From contig CAZWPK010000001.1 in NCBI GenBank assembly GCA_964635905.1, positions 437,096-501,095 on the forward strand: a stretch of 64,000 bases of DNA, read 5' to 3'. Below the pieces are notes generated by a model, which ran no database searches, was not told where the DNA came from, and saw only the letters and a list, made by a program, of their open reading frames with translations. Positions 17,189 to 26,624 of this stretch are shown in pieces. This DNA comes from an uncultured Pseudomonadales bacterium. Its GTDB lineage: Bacteria > Patescibacteriota > Microgenomatia > UBA1400 > UBA12028. The translations under genes were made by a program, and so were the position numbers. Position 1 is the first letter of the stretch, and each line of letters opens with the position of its first letter.

Positions 17189-18943
17189 TTAGACTGCCAA
17201 GTCTCGATTGGCATTCTTTTCGATAAGTTGCTGTATGAATTTCTCCACTTCCCAGACCCCGCGATTGACATTTCCTCGAGCACGGACAGAAACTGTTTCT
17301 GCCTGTGCCTCTTTGTTCCCGACGACCAGCATGTACGGTATTTTTTGGTGTTCTGCCTTTCGAATACGATTTTGCATACTTTCAGCTTCATTCCAGTTTT
17401 CGACACGAATTCCAGCTGCTTGCAATTTTTCAAGTAATCCTTGGGCATATGGCTGCTGATCTTGAGAGATTGGGATGATCACGGCTTGAATGGGAGACAA
17501 CCACAGTGGGTAAGCACCGGCAAAATGCTCAATCATGAAGGCAAGGAAGCGCTCATGGACTGATAATGGAGCACGATGGATGACAAAGACTTCAGTAGAC
17601 TGCGCTCCTGATTCATCGACATACTCGAGTCCAAAACGCTTTTTTGCAGCAAAATCGAGTTGAATGGTCGACATTGTCTCTTCCCTCCCAATGGCAGATT
17701 TAAACTGCACATCCACTTTTGGACCGTAAAAAGCTGCTTCATCATCGGCTTCCACAAATTTCACATCAAGCTCTTGGAGGACTTCGCGCAGCACATTTTG
17801 ACTTAATTCCCAGTTCTCGGGCTCATCGATGTACTTTTCTGTGTTTGCGCTATCCCATTTGGATAAGCGGAACCAATAGTCCTTGAGACCAAAGATCTTA
17901 AAGTACTCCATGGTGAGCCTGAGCACGTTAGCGAATTCTTCTTTGATTTGGTCCTTTCGGGCATAAATGTGGGCATCGTTCATACTCATGCCGCGGACAC
18001 GCAAGAGCCCTGCCAGGGCCCCAGACAACTCATTGCGGTAGCAGGTGCCATATTCTGCAATGCGCATGGGAAGCTCTTTGTAGCTTCGAGGCGTATGCTG
18101 GAAGATCCGATGATGATGCGGACAGTTCATAGCTTTGAGATAATAGGTTCCATCATCCATGACCATGGGTGGATACATACTATCTTTGTAGTATGGCAAG
18201 TGACCGGACGTTAGAAAGAGCTCTTCTTTGGCAATATGGGGGGTCGCCACGCGCACATACCCGGCCTTTGCTTCTTGCTCCTTGGCGAGTTTTTCCACTT
18301 GATCGCGTAGGATTGTGCCGTTGGGAAGCCACATAATGAGACCCTTGCCCACCATCTCATCGATGAAGAAGAGCTCTTGGTCTTTTCCGATTTTTCGGTG
18401 ATCGCGCTTCTTGGCTTCTTCTAGCATTGTTAGATGGGCGTCTAATTCTTTTTGCGACGAGAAACAGGTTCCATAGATACGTGTAAGCATGGCGTTCTTC
18501 TCACTACCGCGCCAATAGGCACCAGCAACGGAAAGCAGCTTGAAATAGCGGAGCTCTTCATCAGGATGTTCTACATGTCCTCCTCGACACAAGTCAGAAT
18601 AGTCTCCCGACGTGTACATGGATAAGACCTCACCTTTAGTGGCAAATTCTTCGATCAATTCCTGTTTATACGGGTTATCCTGGTATTCGTTCTTGGCTTC
18701 ATCTACCGAGACTTCCTGACGGGAGAAATCCTTCCAGGTTTTGGCGATGGCATGCATCCGTTCTTCAATAGCTGGAAAATCACTTTCCGAGATCGGTTTC
18801 TCAAATTCAAAGTCAAAATAGAATCCTGAATCGATGGCTGGACCAATCGTACGCTTGGTTGTTGGCCAGAGATCCATGACTGCTGCTGCAAGTAAATGTG
18901 CGCAGGAGTGGCGTAGATATTCGAGATATAGTTCTTTTTTCAT
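17189..18943 (-). CDS. thrS: Threonine--tRNA ligase (no N-terminal TGS domain)
   Basis: RHSCAHLLA, DLCRGGH, RDHRKIG, KAMNCPHH, AFYGPKVD. Confidence 0.98.
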   Translation of the reverse strand: MKKELYLEYLRHSCAHLLAAAVMDLWPTTKRTIGPAIDSGFYFDFEFEKPISESDFPAIEERMHAIAKTWKDFSRQEVSVDEAKNEYQDNPYKQELIEEFATKGEVLSMYTSGDYSDLCRGGHVEHPDEELRYFKLLSVAGAYWRGSEKNAMLTRIYGTCFSSQKELDAHLTMLEEAKKRDHRKIGKDQELFFIDEMVGKGLIMWLPNGTILRDQVEKLAKEQEAKAGYVRVATPHIAKEELFLTSGHLPYYKDSMYPPMVMDDGTYYLKAMNCPHHHRIFQHTPRSYKELPMRIAEYGTCYRNELSGALAGLLRVRGMSMNDAHIYARKDQIKEEFANVLRLTMEYFKIFGLKDYWFRLSKWDSANTEKYIDEPENWELSQNVLREVLQELDVKFVEADDEAAFYGPKVDVQFKSAIGREETMSTIQLDFAAKKRFGLEYVDESGAQSTEVFVIHRAPLSVHERFLAFMIEHFAGAYPLWLSPIQAVIIPISQDQQPYAQGLLEKLQAAGIRVENWNEAESMQNRIRKAEHQKIPYMLVVGNKEAQAETVSVRARGNVNRGVWEVEKFIQQLIEKNANRDLAV

Positions 18944-18969
18944 AGTGTCCTTTATAGACTATTCCTCAA

Positions 18970-19248
18970 TTACTGTTGGCTTGGAGAAGTACGGGCCTGA
19001 GGAAAGAATCCCGCCTGCTCCAATGTAGTTCGGGTTACAGTCAAAATCGTTGAGAGTCGCGGTGCAATCAACTGTGCGATGAGGACGGAAAGTAAAAAAC
19101 CCATCAAGAGTGTTGCCATCACACCGCCAAGCCCTGCCATGAATCCTGCAAAGAAGTGACGTTTCGCAATTTCCTTATATGAGACAACAAAAATGCTGGG
19201 TTGCTCTCTATATTGTGCTGGTTGTTCGACTTTTTTTGTCGTTTTCAT
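18970..19248 (-). CDS. DUF5665-like membrane protein
   Basis: EIAKRHFFAGFMAGLGG; ATG right after the leader U-tract (track start 19290 lies in the leader). Confidence 0.7.
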   Translation of the reverse strand: MKTTKKVEQPAQYREQPSIFVVSYKEIAKRHFFAGFMAGLGGVMATLLMGFLLSVLIAQLIAPRLSTILTVTRTTLEQAGFFPQARTSPSQQ

Positions 19249-19385
19249 ACAAAAAAACCACGCTGTCTTTTGTTCCAAATGTTCCAACAAAAGATCCGGT
19301 GGTCTTACTTCACTCCCGTTCGCAGGGAGTCAGCGTCTTATGCCCTGGGTGGTGAGTCCAGAAAGAGATGAATCTAAGAGCAAGT
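19249..19385 (-). promoter_or_regulatory. Structured attenuator-like leader of the thrS operon
   Basis: TATACT -10; hairpins CTGG-ACTCACCAC-CCAG and ACTCCC..GGGAGT; long terminator ACCAC..TCTTTTGTT/AACAAAAGA..GTGGT plus U-tract; competing ACGCTG/CAGCGT pairing. Confidence 0.6.
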
Positions 19386-19428
19386 ATACAATATTTGGGA
19401 GTGATTGGATAGATTCTATCGATCCTTT

Positions 19429-19833
19429 TTAGAAACGAAATTGCTTACGAAGTGTTGACATCAGATTACGAGCATTAAAGTCCTTGTCTGTAGCTTCATT
19501 AACAGTAGCGATGATTCGTTCCAAAAATACTCCGGTTCGTGTGGATTCTCCTGGATCAAGAGGAAACATTAAATATGACACGCTGGTCTCTGTGGGTGTT
19601 TCGGGATTAATAGGAAACATTATGAATGACACACCTTTACGAAGGAGAGCATCGAGGGACTGAATAACAGAGTCAATACTAGTGGGATTTTGCTCCAACA
19701 AAAGAAGTCCAGTAAGCGCGTTTTTAGCTTCTAGTAAACGATCATCATACACAACTGTACCATCAACTTTTTGAAAACTAGTCTGACGAACAAAATCAAC
19801 AACCTCTTCTAGAGCAATCACTGGTTTTTCCAT
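19429..19833 (-). CDS. Hypothetical protein, probable paralogue of 20240-20545
   Basis: MEKPVIALEEVVDFVRQ; -10-like TATACT just upstream. Confidence 0.65.
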   Translation of the reverse strand: MEKPVIALEEVVDFVRQTSFQKVDGTVVYDDRLLEAKNALTGLLLLEQNPTSIDSVIQSLDALLRKGVSFIMFPINPETPTETSVSYLMFPLDPGESTRTGVFLERIIATVNEATDKDFNARNLMSTLRKQFRF

Positions 19834-19866
19834 AGACTTATAGTATACACCTTGAGGCAAGTATGG

Positions 19867-20202
19867 TTATTCTTGAGGCTGGCTTTGCTGGAATTGACGG
19901 ATTAAGTTCTCCGGGACAATGATTTGTCGAGATCCACCGGAGGAAGGTTCAGTCAGCGTATCCATCTGAGATTGGGTTTTATTGAGAGACTCTACCATCT
20001 TCATTAGGCTCTCTGCTTGTTTTAAGGTTCCAGAAATCTGCGGAAGTATGAAATTGGTAAAGAGAAAATACAGCAGAATCCAGGATAGAACAGTCACAAT
20101 TAGCCCACCTAGTCCATGCATCATTCCTGCTACGAAATTTTTTCGGGCAATTTCTCCAGTTGTTGCATCGTAGAGTGACTTTGAAGAGTGTGATGTGTCC
20201 AT
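19867..20202 (-). CDS. DUF5665-like membrane protein (paralogue)
   Basis: EIARKNFVAGMMHGLGG plus TM segment. Confidence 0.75.
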   Translation of the reverse strand: MDTSHSSKSLYDATTGEIARKNFVAGMMHGLGGLIVTVLSWILLYFLFTNFILPQISGTLKQAESLMKMVESLNKTQSQMDTLTEPSSGGSRQIIVPENLIRQFQQSQPQE

Positions 20203-20239
20203 GATTGTACTGTGCAGGAGGATGATTGAATTGTCAATT

Positions 20240-20545
20240 CTATATGCGGTTTCGAGTAGTCATTTTTAGATATGGAAAAGTGAGCTGAATGGACTGATCG
20301 ATGGATAATAGTCCAACATGAACTCGGGGAAATGGATCAGCTATTCGACAAGAATCTAAATACAGAAGATAGGCTTTAATGGATTCCGTTTGAGGCTTCA
20401 CTGCTGATAACTGATCGTAAACCGCGTCAATATATGGAGGTATTGCTGCGTATTTTGTGAAATCTGGTTTTTCTCCAGCATTGATTCTACGTACAAAATC
20501 TATTAGTTGTGTACTACTAATACGGGGGGAGAGTTTTTCTTTCAT
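20240..20545 (-). CDS. Hypothetical protein
   Basis: MKEKLSPRISSTQLIDFVRR. Confidence 0.6.
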   Translation of the reverse strand: MKEKLSPRISSTQLIDFVRRINAGEKPDFTKYAAIPPYIDAVYDQLSAVKPQTESIKAYLLYLDSCRIADPFPRVHVGLLSIDQSIQLTFPYLKMTTRNRI

Positions 20546-20611
20546 ATGCGGGAAATGAAATTCTGATTCACCTGTGAAATGAATGGTAGAGCCTGAGATT
20601 TAATAACTAAT

Positions 20612-21505
20612 TTATTGTCGGTTCGTGAGCACTCTAGAAATTCTATCTTTCAACTCGTTAGCCCATTTTTCAACTTTATCTACAGCATTTGGAGCGACCT
20701 TCTTGCGAAGTTCGCTAACATAGTCATCGGGTAGTTTTGCTGTTACAGCAACTTGAAGTGCTACCCATTCAAGACCGCTCCTAAGTGCAGCCTCTACATT
20801 AGCTTTAGCGACCTCTTGAGCAAGAGGACTAACGTATGTGCCGTCATACCCATCTTGTCTAAACCTATATGCATCGAAAAGTAAGCGAATTCGCCAGTCA
20901 TCACTTTTTATAAACCCTTCATTGTAGGCATCCAATATTTGACGAACATATAACCCAAAGGCTTTTTCTTCCTTACCTCTCCATGACTCTATTCCTTTGT
21001 CATTTGCATCTACACCTGCTGTTTGTGTTTTAACGGCTATCCTACCTTTTCGAAGCATAGTCCCAGCCATCATATGTGCAGCATTATAATCACCCTCTTC
21101 AATTGCTTTATCATACTGCTCAAAAACAAATTGCTCTCCAAACTCAGGCAAATCTAATTTCGCAGCTTCTGAATACTCGAGCATTTGCACTGCTGCTGCA
21201 CGGAATCCTTGAGAGAGATCTCTTTGTACAGCAACCTTAACCAAATCTGCTTTGAGCTTCTGGCTCGAAACGTGGATAATGGCCGAGGTGATTGCATATT
21301 CAGAGCTAAGGCCACCGCTTGTATCTAAGTATCCAAGGCTCTCGGGTTCTTGTTCACTGATAAGTCTTCGCATTTCGACTAGAGCCTCACCCCGAATGTT
21401 TCCGGCGTTTTCCGGAGCTCATCGTAACATACCAAAAGTTGTGCCATCGGGAGCTTCCACCGTTCCCATTGCACTAACCATTCTGCCTGAAGCTTCTTGT
21501 GTCAT
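20612..21505 (-). pseudogene. Helical hypothetical protein with in-frame TGA at codon 29 (downstream part 20612-21373 intact)
   Basis: ATG 21505 is in frame with ATG 21373; single TGA at 21419-21421; TGCTATAAT upstream. Confidence 0.5.
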
Positions 21506-21695
21506 ATCTCGCTTTCTTTTTATTGCTGAGTAGCATTATCCTCGAATTGAAATTATAGCATTTCTTACACATTCTGATAAATTTTATTTTGATGAAATGT
21601 ACTGCCTAAAGAAGAATCTAACAATCTCAGTGAAGTTTCGGCTTTGCCGGCTTGGTATCGTCCATGTCCAAATTGGTAAGGAGAAAAATAAAAGG

Positions 21696-21769
21696 TGGGC
21701 GGTAGAGGAGTCGGACCTCTGACCTTTACAATGTCAATGTAACGCTCTAACCAACTGAGCTAACCGCCC
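21696..21769 (-). tRNA. tRNA-Val(GAC)
   Basis: Cloverleaf GGGCGGT...ACCGCCCA; anticodon loop TTGACAT; T-loop reads TCCGA; CCA not fully encoded. Confidence 0.93.
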
Positions 21770-21843
21770 AACAGAACCACGATTATAACAGATATTCTGT
21801 TCCAAAATAATGTCTTACCTGCACTAGGAGATAGAACTAATGC

Positions 21844-22251
21844 TTATTCTCTAGCGCTAAAATGCTTCTCGAAGTTCATGACGAGGGCAGTAATGACTGT
21901 CTCAGCTGTAAACCCACGACTGATTTCCACTGCTCCGGCGCTAGAAAGCTCAGTATACAATGCAACTGTTTCTTGACCCCCCCTGAGTAGCGTTGGGATA
22001 TAGATGATGGGAAAATCGTTTCGAATCGCTGCAAGAATGGTATTTCTATCAGAGACTCTAATATGGTGTAACACTGCAAAATCGAGTTTTTTTGAGGTTA
22101 AGTAGCGAGTTAGCATGGGAGGAACTTTATCTTCAAATTGACTTTGACCATCAAGAAGTGAAGATAAATATAGTGCTAATGGGTATGCCTCTACAGTGGA
22201 ATTTACGATTAGCCCACTCTTTCCTTCTAAGAACTTTGGAATATCAACCAT
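21844..22251 (-). CDS. Hypothetical alpha/beta protein (135 aa)
   Basis: ORF; weak receiver-like pattern only. Confidence 0.6.
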   Translation of the reverse strand: MVDIPKFLEGKSGLIVNSTVEAYPLALYLSSLLDGQSQFEDKVPPMLTRYLTSKKLDFAVLHHIRVSDRNTILAAIRNDFPIIYIPTLLRGGQETVALYTELSSAGAVEISRGFTAETVITALVMNFEKHFSARE

Positions 22252-22290
22252 ACGAAGTAGTTAACTGTACTTGCATCTATCTATAGCGAT

Positions 22291-22704
22291 TTACATTCTG
22301 CGAATGTTCATGACACGACCATTGTCCTCTGGATTGATTAAAACCTCTTTTCTGGCTGTCAAAATGACTTCGGCTAGTCTGGTTGCGGACGATGATTCCT
22401 TCATCGTTCGAATGGTATTCAGGAATTCCGTTAATTGAGGTTGAGTGGCATCAGTGTCAAGGTAGAGCCTAACCTTTGAGCTCTGCAATGCAGATTGAAG
22501 ACCATAAGCGTCGATCGTACCATCTTCTCGTACAAAGGAAGATACTGAAAGAATTGTTATTTCCCCATACTTGTCGAAAAGAGCATCTGAAACTGTATCC
22601 GCAAAGAGATCGGGGTTCATGTTCGAAAGAACGATGGCAGGGACCATCGGTACAAAGGTCCATACTTCGTCACTTAACCATCTGCGTAGTTCTGGATTTT
22701 GCAT
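22291..22704 (-). CDS. Orphan hypothetical protein (137 aa)
   Basis: Starts 4 nt after the DUF5660-like gene stop. Confidence 0.65.
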   Translation of the reverse strand: MQNPELRRWLSDEVWTFVPMVPAIVLSNMNPDLFADTVSDALFDKYGEITILSVSSFVREDGTIDAYGLQSALQSSKVRLYLDTDATQPQLTEFLNTIRTMKESSSATRLAEVILTARKEVLINPEDNGRVMNIRRM

Positions 22705-22708
22705 AGCC

Positions 22709-23359
22709 TTACCCTACATTGCGAGCCACTTGGTGTTCCTGGCTCATTAAATAGGCGGTACCACCCTTTTGACTGTAGACTTGGTTCCAGAACGCACCCT
22801 GCTTTTTGCTTCGGGAATTAAAGTTCTCAATCCAGGTATTAGCCTCGTGGACACGTTTTCGCAGTAACACAACAAAGTTTAGGAGCTGCTGGAAGAAATG
22901 GACATGGTACGTGCCAGGATCGCTGACATCTTGATGAATGGCGGTCTTGACACTGCCATCTAAGGTTTTGATTTCTTTGGCCAGGGCTTTAAGTTGCTCT
23001 TGGAGCTGCTTGATGACTTCTTTGTCCTTTTGCTCCCGCATGTTAAAGACTTCCGTCATTTGGAATTCTTTGTGACGAACAGCGCGCTGTTTCTCAAGAT
23101 CCATCTCCTGTCGCTGCTTGTCAATTTCAGCTTGTTGCTCGAGTGCTTTTGCAAAGGGATTTTCTGACTGAGAGTCATTGTTCTCGGAAGGCTGCGAGGT
23201 TCCCGTGCCAAAGATAGAACTCATGGCATCATTGACGATTTGACCCGGAATGGCGGATGCCTGTTTCACGGTGGTTCCACCAATTTCCTGGATTGCCCGT
23301 GCGAACGGGTTTCCAGTAAATGAAGGAGCTGGTCGTGATGATTTTCCAGGCGTGTTCAT
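22709..23359 (-). CDS. DUF5660-like protein
   Basis: PGTYHVHFFQQL...W...RSKK..FW....KGGT.Y..SQE; likely start MNTPGK. Confidence 0.7.
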   Translation of the reverse strand: MNTPGKSSRPAPSFTGNPFARAIQEIGGTTVKQASAIPGQIVNDAMSSIFGTGTSQPSENNDSQSENPFAKALEQQAEIDKQRQEMDLEKQRAVRHKEFQMTEVFNMREQKDKEVIKQLQEQLKALAKEIKTLDGSVKTAIHQDVSDPGTYHVHFFQQLLNFVVLLRKRVHEANTWIENFNSRSKKQGAFWNQVYSQKGGTAYLMSQEHQVARNVG

Positions 23360-23479
23360 ATTCACAAAACCCACCATACGAGAACTTCCGTCGTAGGTGG
23401 ACTTAAGACTACACCAGATTATACGCACCTGTCTTGAGTAAATCAAGCGCGAAACCATCTTATAGTAAATGAATTGGCC

Positions 23480-24355
23480 TTAGGCTGTGATACCAGCTTC
23501 GTGCTTGATCGCTTCGACCGTCTTTTTACGGGCAACAATAGCTGTTGCCTCTTCTCGCATTTGGTCTTGGAACTTTTTGTCCATTTTGGAAAGTGATTCT
23601 CCTGCGAAAGCCTCAATTTCTTCCTTGGTGGGAGTAATGGCGAGTTCTTTGGTCAGTTGTAGTAAGACAAACTCGAGTTGGAGTGTGGCCAAGGCATTGG
23701 CCATGTACTCTTGCTGCAGGGCATTAATGTCTTTGCCAATCTGCTTTAGGTATGTATCCAGTTCAATTCGATGGGAGGCCAAGTGCCGCGCAAAATCTTC
23801 CAGTTGCTTGCGTGTCTCATTCTCGAGCAATAAGGGGGCAATTTTTGGATTAATCGACTGAATTAGGGCTCCAAAGATGTAACTTAACTGTTTGTTGGCC
23901 AAATCCTCATCTTTTTCTTCTGGAGTGTCTTTTTTGGGAAGATTTTTAGCAGCCTCTTTGAGTATCTTTTTCCAGTCTCCTAAGATCACGACTGGAGCAA
24001 CTGCGGTACTGGCTTCAATAACCCAATCTTGACCAGGCTCGATGCTTTTAGCTTGAACTTGGGGAGAGACTAGAGGGATGAGCTTGAGTTCTTTGATTTT
24101 GGCGGAATACAGATCTGGAACGAGACGTTCGAGAACATATTCAATCAGTTTGAGACTTCCTACATTCTCTTCAGCAAGTTTTTTTGGGGCTTTGCCTTTA
24201 CGGAAACCTGGAAGTGTGACGGAGGAAGCGTACGAGGCTAAGACCTTTTGGTATTCACGCTCGTGAGCCTCTTTTTTGAGGGTGAGCGTGACAACAGTAT
24301 TCTCTCCGATGGGAGATGCAACGGTTTCTGGTTTTTTCTCATCTGATTTTGCCAT
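23480..24355 (-). CDS. tig: Trigger factor lacking the FKBP PPIase domain
   Basis: LPGFRKGKAP signature; only 291 aa. Confidence 0.9.
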   Translation of the reverse strand: MAKSDEKKPETVASPIGENTVVTLTLKKEAHEREYQKVLASYASSVTLPGFRKGKAPKKLAEENVGSLKLIEYVLERLVPDLYSAKIKELKLIPLVSPQVQAKSIEPGQDWVIEASTAVAPVVILGDWKKILKEAAKNLPKKDTPEEKDEDLANKQLSYIFGALIQSINPKIAPLLLENETRKQLEDFARHLASHRIELDTYLKQIGKDINALQQEYMANALATLQLEFVLLQLTKELAITPTKEEIEAFAGESLSKMDKKFQDQMREEATAIVARKKTVEAIKHEAGITA

Positions 24356-24640
24356 AAAAACCCTTTCTAGGGGCGCTATGTAGGATAGCGTTCACAACAT
24401 TACTGCATGGAAGAAAACGGCGTCGCCAGAGGTACAGAGCTTCGAATCACCGAGGTATACACTCCCCAGGCAAAGACGCCAATGGTAGGAAGTAAACCAA
24501 TCAAAACTATGACCAAATAGAGTGAAAGACTCCGTGTTTTCATGGAAGGTAGTATAGCACGAGCCAGATGAAAGTTCGGCATGACTGGACAAAGGTACAC
24601 GGGATCTGTATTGTCAGTACTGTAGAAAAAAGGAGCTTGT

Positions 24641-25258
24641 ATGAGTGATGCAACCGATGTATTTCCCACAACGACCGAATCCGACTCTCCAACCGATATC
24701 GGAGAGAAAATCGATGTCTTAGAGCCCGGTGAGATTGTTACCACGCTCGATGCCGGTGATGATGCACCAGAATTAACCGCCGGCGATGATGATGTTCTCC
24801 CTGCAGGTGACTCTACTGATCCAGCCGATACTCCAGCAGGTGATCAAAAGCCACAGGCTACCTTTGATCCCAATACGCTGATCGCTCTGCAAGGCATCAT
24901 TAATCGCCAATCAGCCAAGCTTGATGAGTTAAAAGATGACGCTAAAAAGCTGTCCGAGAGTGTAAAATCCATCGTTGAAAACGACCAGGAGCTGTCGCAA
25001 ATCGAGGAACAAGCTAAAGAAATTGTAAAACTTCAGAAGGAACGTAAGCAGAGCTTAGCCAACTCACCGGAAAGTACTCAACTGAAACTAAAAATAAAGG
25101 ATATCAAAGAAAGTATTAAGGATTTGGAAGAAAGCTTAAATAACCACCTGCTAAACTTTTATCAAATGACCGGAGTCAAAGTCTTTGACACGGATGATGG
25201 ATCTACCCGTGAATTTGAAGTTCGAGCAAAATTGCGCTCCAAGAAGAAAGCAGCCTAA
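24641..25258 (+). CDS. Hypothetical protein with acidic N-terminus and coiled coil
   Basis: AAGGAG RBS, coding-like composition, followed by a terminator. Confidence 0.8.
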   Translation: MSDATDVFPTTTESDSPTDIGEKIDVLEPGEIVTTLDAGDDAPELTAGDDDVLPAGDSTDPADTPAGDQKPQATFDPNTLIALQGIINRQSAKLDELKDDAKKLSESVKSIVENDQELSQIEEQAKEIVKLQKERKQSLANSPESTQLKLKIKDIKESIKDLEESLNNHLLNFYQMTGVKVFDTDDGSTREFEVRAKLRSKKKAA

Positions 25259-25282
25259 GATTTCAAGAAATGTTTTCGCACT

Positions 25283-25311
25283 AAAAAACCCCGCCGGATG
25301 ACGGGGTTTTT
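25283..25311. terminator. Bidirectional intrinsic terminator
   Basis: AAAAAACCCCG-loop-CGGGGTTTTT between convergent genes. Confidence 0.85.
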
Positions 25312-25335
25312 GTTTTCACGATCGTTTTCACCTGA

Positions 25336-26376
25336 CTAAATGCGTACTTGCCATTCGGTCGTTGAGACTGCGGGGACAACCCCTTCCGTGTACTCTAGAA
25401 TCTTTGCCATCGTTTGGACGACAATCAGTGGATGTGCTCCTCCGGCAGTTTCCTCCGACAGCATCGTTGCATCGGTTCCATCATAGACAGCATTGGCGAC
25501 ATCACAGATCTCAGCTCGAGTAGGACGAACATTCTTGACCATGGAGTGCAACATTTGGGTTGCAGTGATCACAGGTTTTTTCTTCGTATTACTCAGTTTG
25601 ATCATGCGTTTTTGTTCAAAAGCTAGCCGTTCGAATGGAATCTCTACGGCCAAATCTCCACGTGCGACCATAATGAGATCGGCTTGATCAATGATTTCTT
25701 CCAAATGATCCAGCGCGGTCTGATTTTCGATCTTTGCACAGATGCGAGATTTCACGCCTCTTTTATCCAACTCTTCACGCAAGTGGACGACGTCGGTTTT
25801 TGTTCGTGTGAAGGATAATGCCACATAGTCCACATCAGCCATGTTGCGCATCTCAATTTTCAAGTAGTCATCTTCCGTCATAGACGGTAGCTCAATGTCG
25901 GCTCCAGGGAAGTTGACACTCTTACGGTGCTTAATAATACAGGCCTGTTTGCTTTTGGCGACAAATTGGTCTGGTTTCACGGATTCAACTGTAAATTCCA
26001 TGACTCCATCGTCGATAAGGACTGCTTGACCTGCCTTGACGGCAGCAAAGACTTCTGGTGTTGGGATTCGGATATGTTTACCTTCGATGTGCTCCAAGGA
26101 GAAGACCACGTCCTCGTTAAGGTCGTACCCAACTTCCAGCTTTTCGATTGTTTCAAGACGAACTTCAGGGCCTTGGAGGTCAATTAGGATCCCGACGTCG
26201 ATACCTTTGTCTTTACAGACCGATCGTACACGGTCAATGCGCTCTTCATGCCATGCGCGATCCGCATGTTTCATGTTAAAACGGAAAATATTGACTCCTG
26301 CGTTGATTAACGCCTCGATTTGTTCGGGACTGTCACTGACGGGGCCGATTGTGGCCACAATTTTAGTTTTTTTCAT
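25336..26376 (-). CDS. pyk: Pyruvate kinase lacking the C-terminal regulatory domain
   Basis: [37 protein letters not shown]. Confidence 0.95.
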   Translation of the reverse strand: MKKTKIVATIGPVSDSPEQIEALINAGVNIFRFNMKHADRAWHEERIDRVRSVCKDKGIDVGILIDLQGPEVRLETIEKLEVGYDLNEDVVFSLEHIEGKHIRIPTPEVFAAVKAGQAVLIDDGVMEFTVESVKPDQFVAKSKQACIIKHRKSVNFPGADIELPSMTEDDYLKIEMRNMADVDYVALSFTRTKTDVVHLREELDKRGVKSRICAKIENQTALDHLEEIIDQADLIMVARGDLAVEIPFERLAFEQKRMIKLSNTKKKPVITATQMLHSMVKNVRPTRAEICDVANAVYDGTDATMLSEETAGGAHPLIVVQTMAKILEYTEGVVPAVSTTEWQVRI

Positions 26377-26624
26377 ACGAGTTTAGGGAATGTTCCCTCC
26401 TTACTACAATACTTAAGACCAAAAATGATTGAAAGCGCTGACAGTTTGTCGTCCTACCTATTAGGCATGTCTTCGTAGTACATTCTTCTTTCGTAATTAA
26501 TGAATAGATTGATGTATCCGTCCAATCTAGCCAATGTTTCGGGTAGCAGTCATATTCGACGACTGCTAATAACGATAGATCTAGTCTGATGTCTATCGAT
26601 ACACTACCTTCGGAGTGGATGTTG

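Noticed and set aside
17169-19327. Shared CCCTGCGAA 9-mer in the thrS and infC leaders
   Set aside because: Too short; the same word also occurs inside an unrelated ORF near 44893
24392-24744. Minus-strand ORFs 24392-24592 and 24400-24744
   Set aside because: The longer one overlaps the well-supported plus-strand gene. A short TM peptide (MKTRSLSLY...) is possible but unsupported
26377-26603. Open minus-strand frame in the argS-pyk gap
   Set aside because: No credible start codon or motif; at most a decayed remnant
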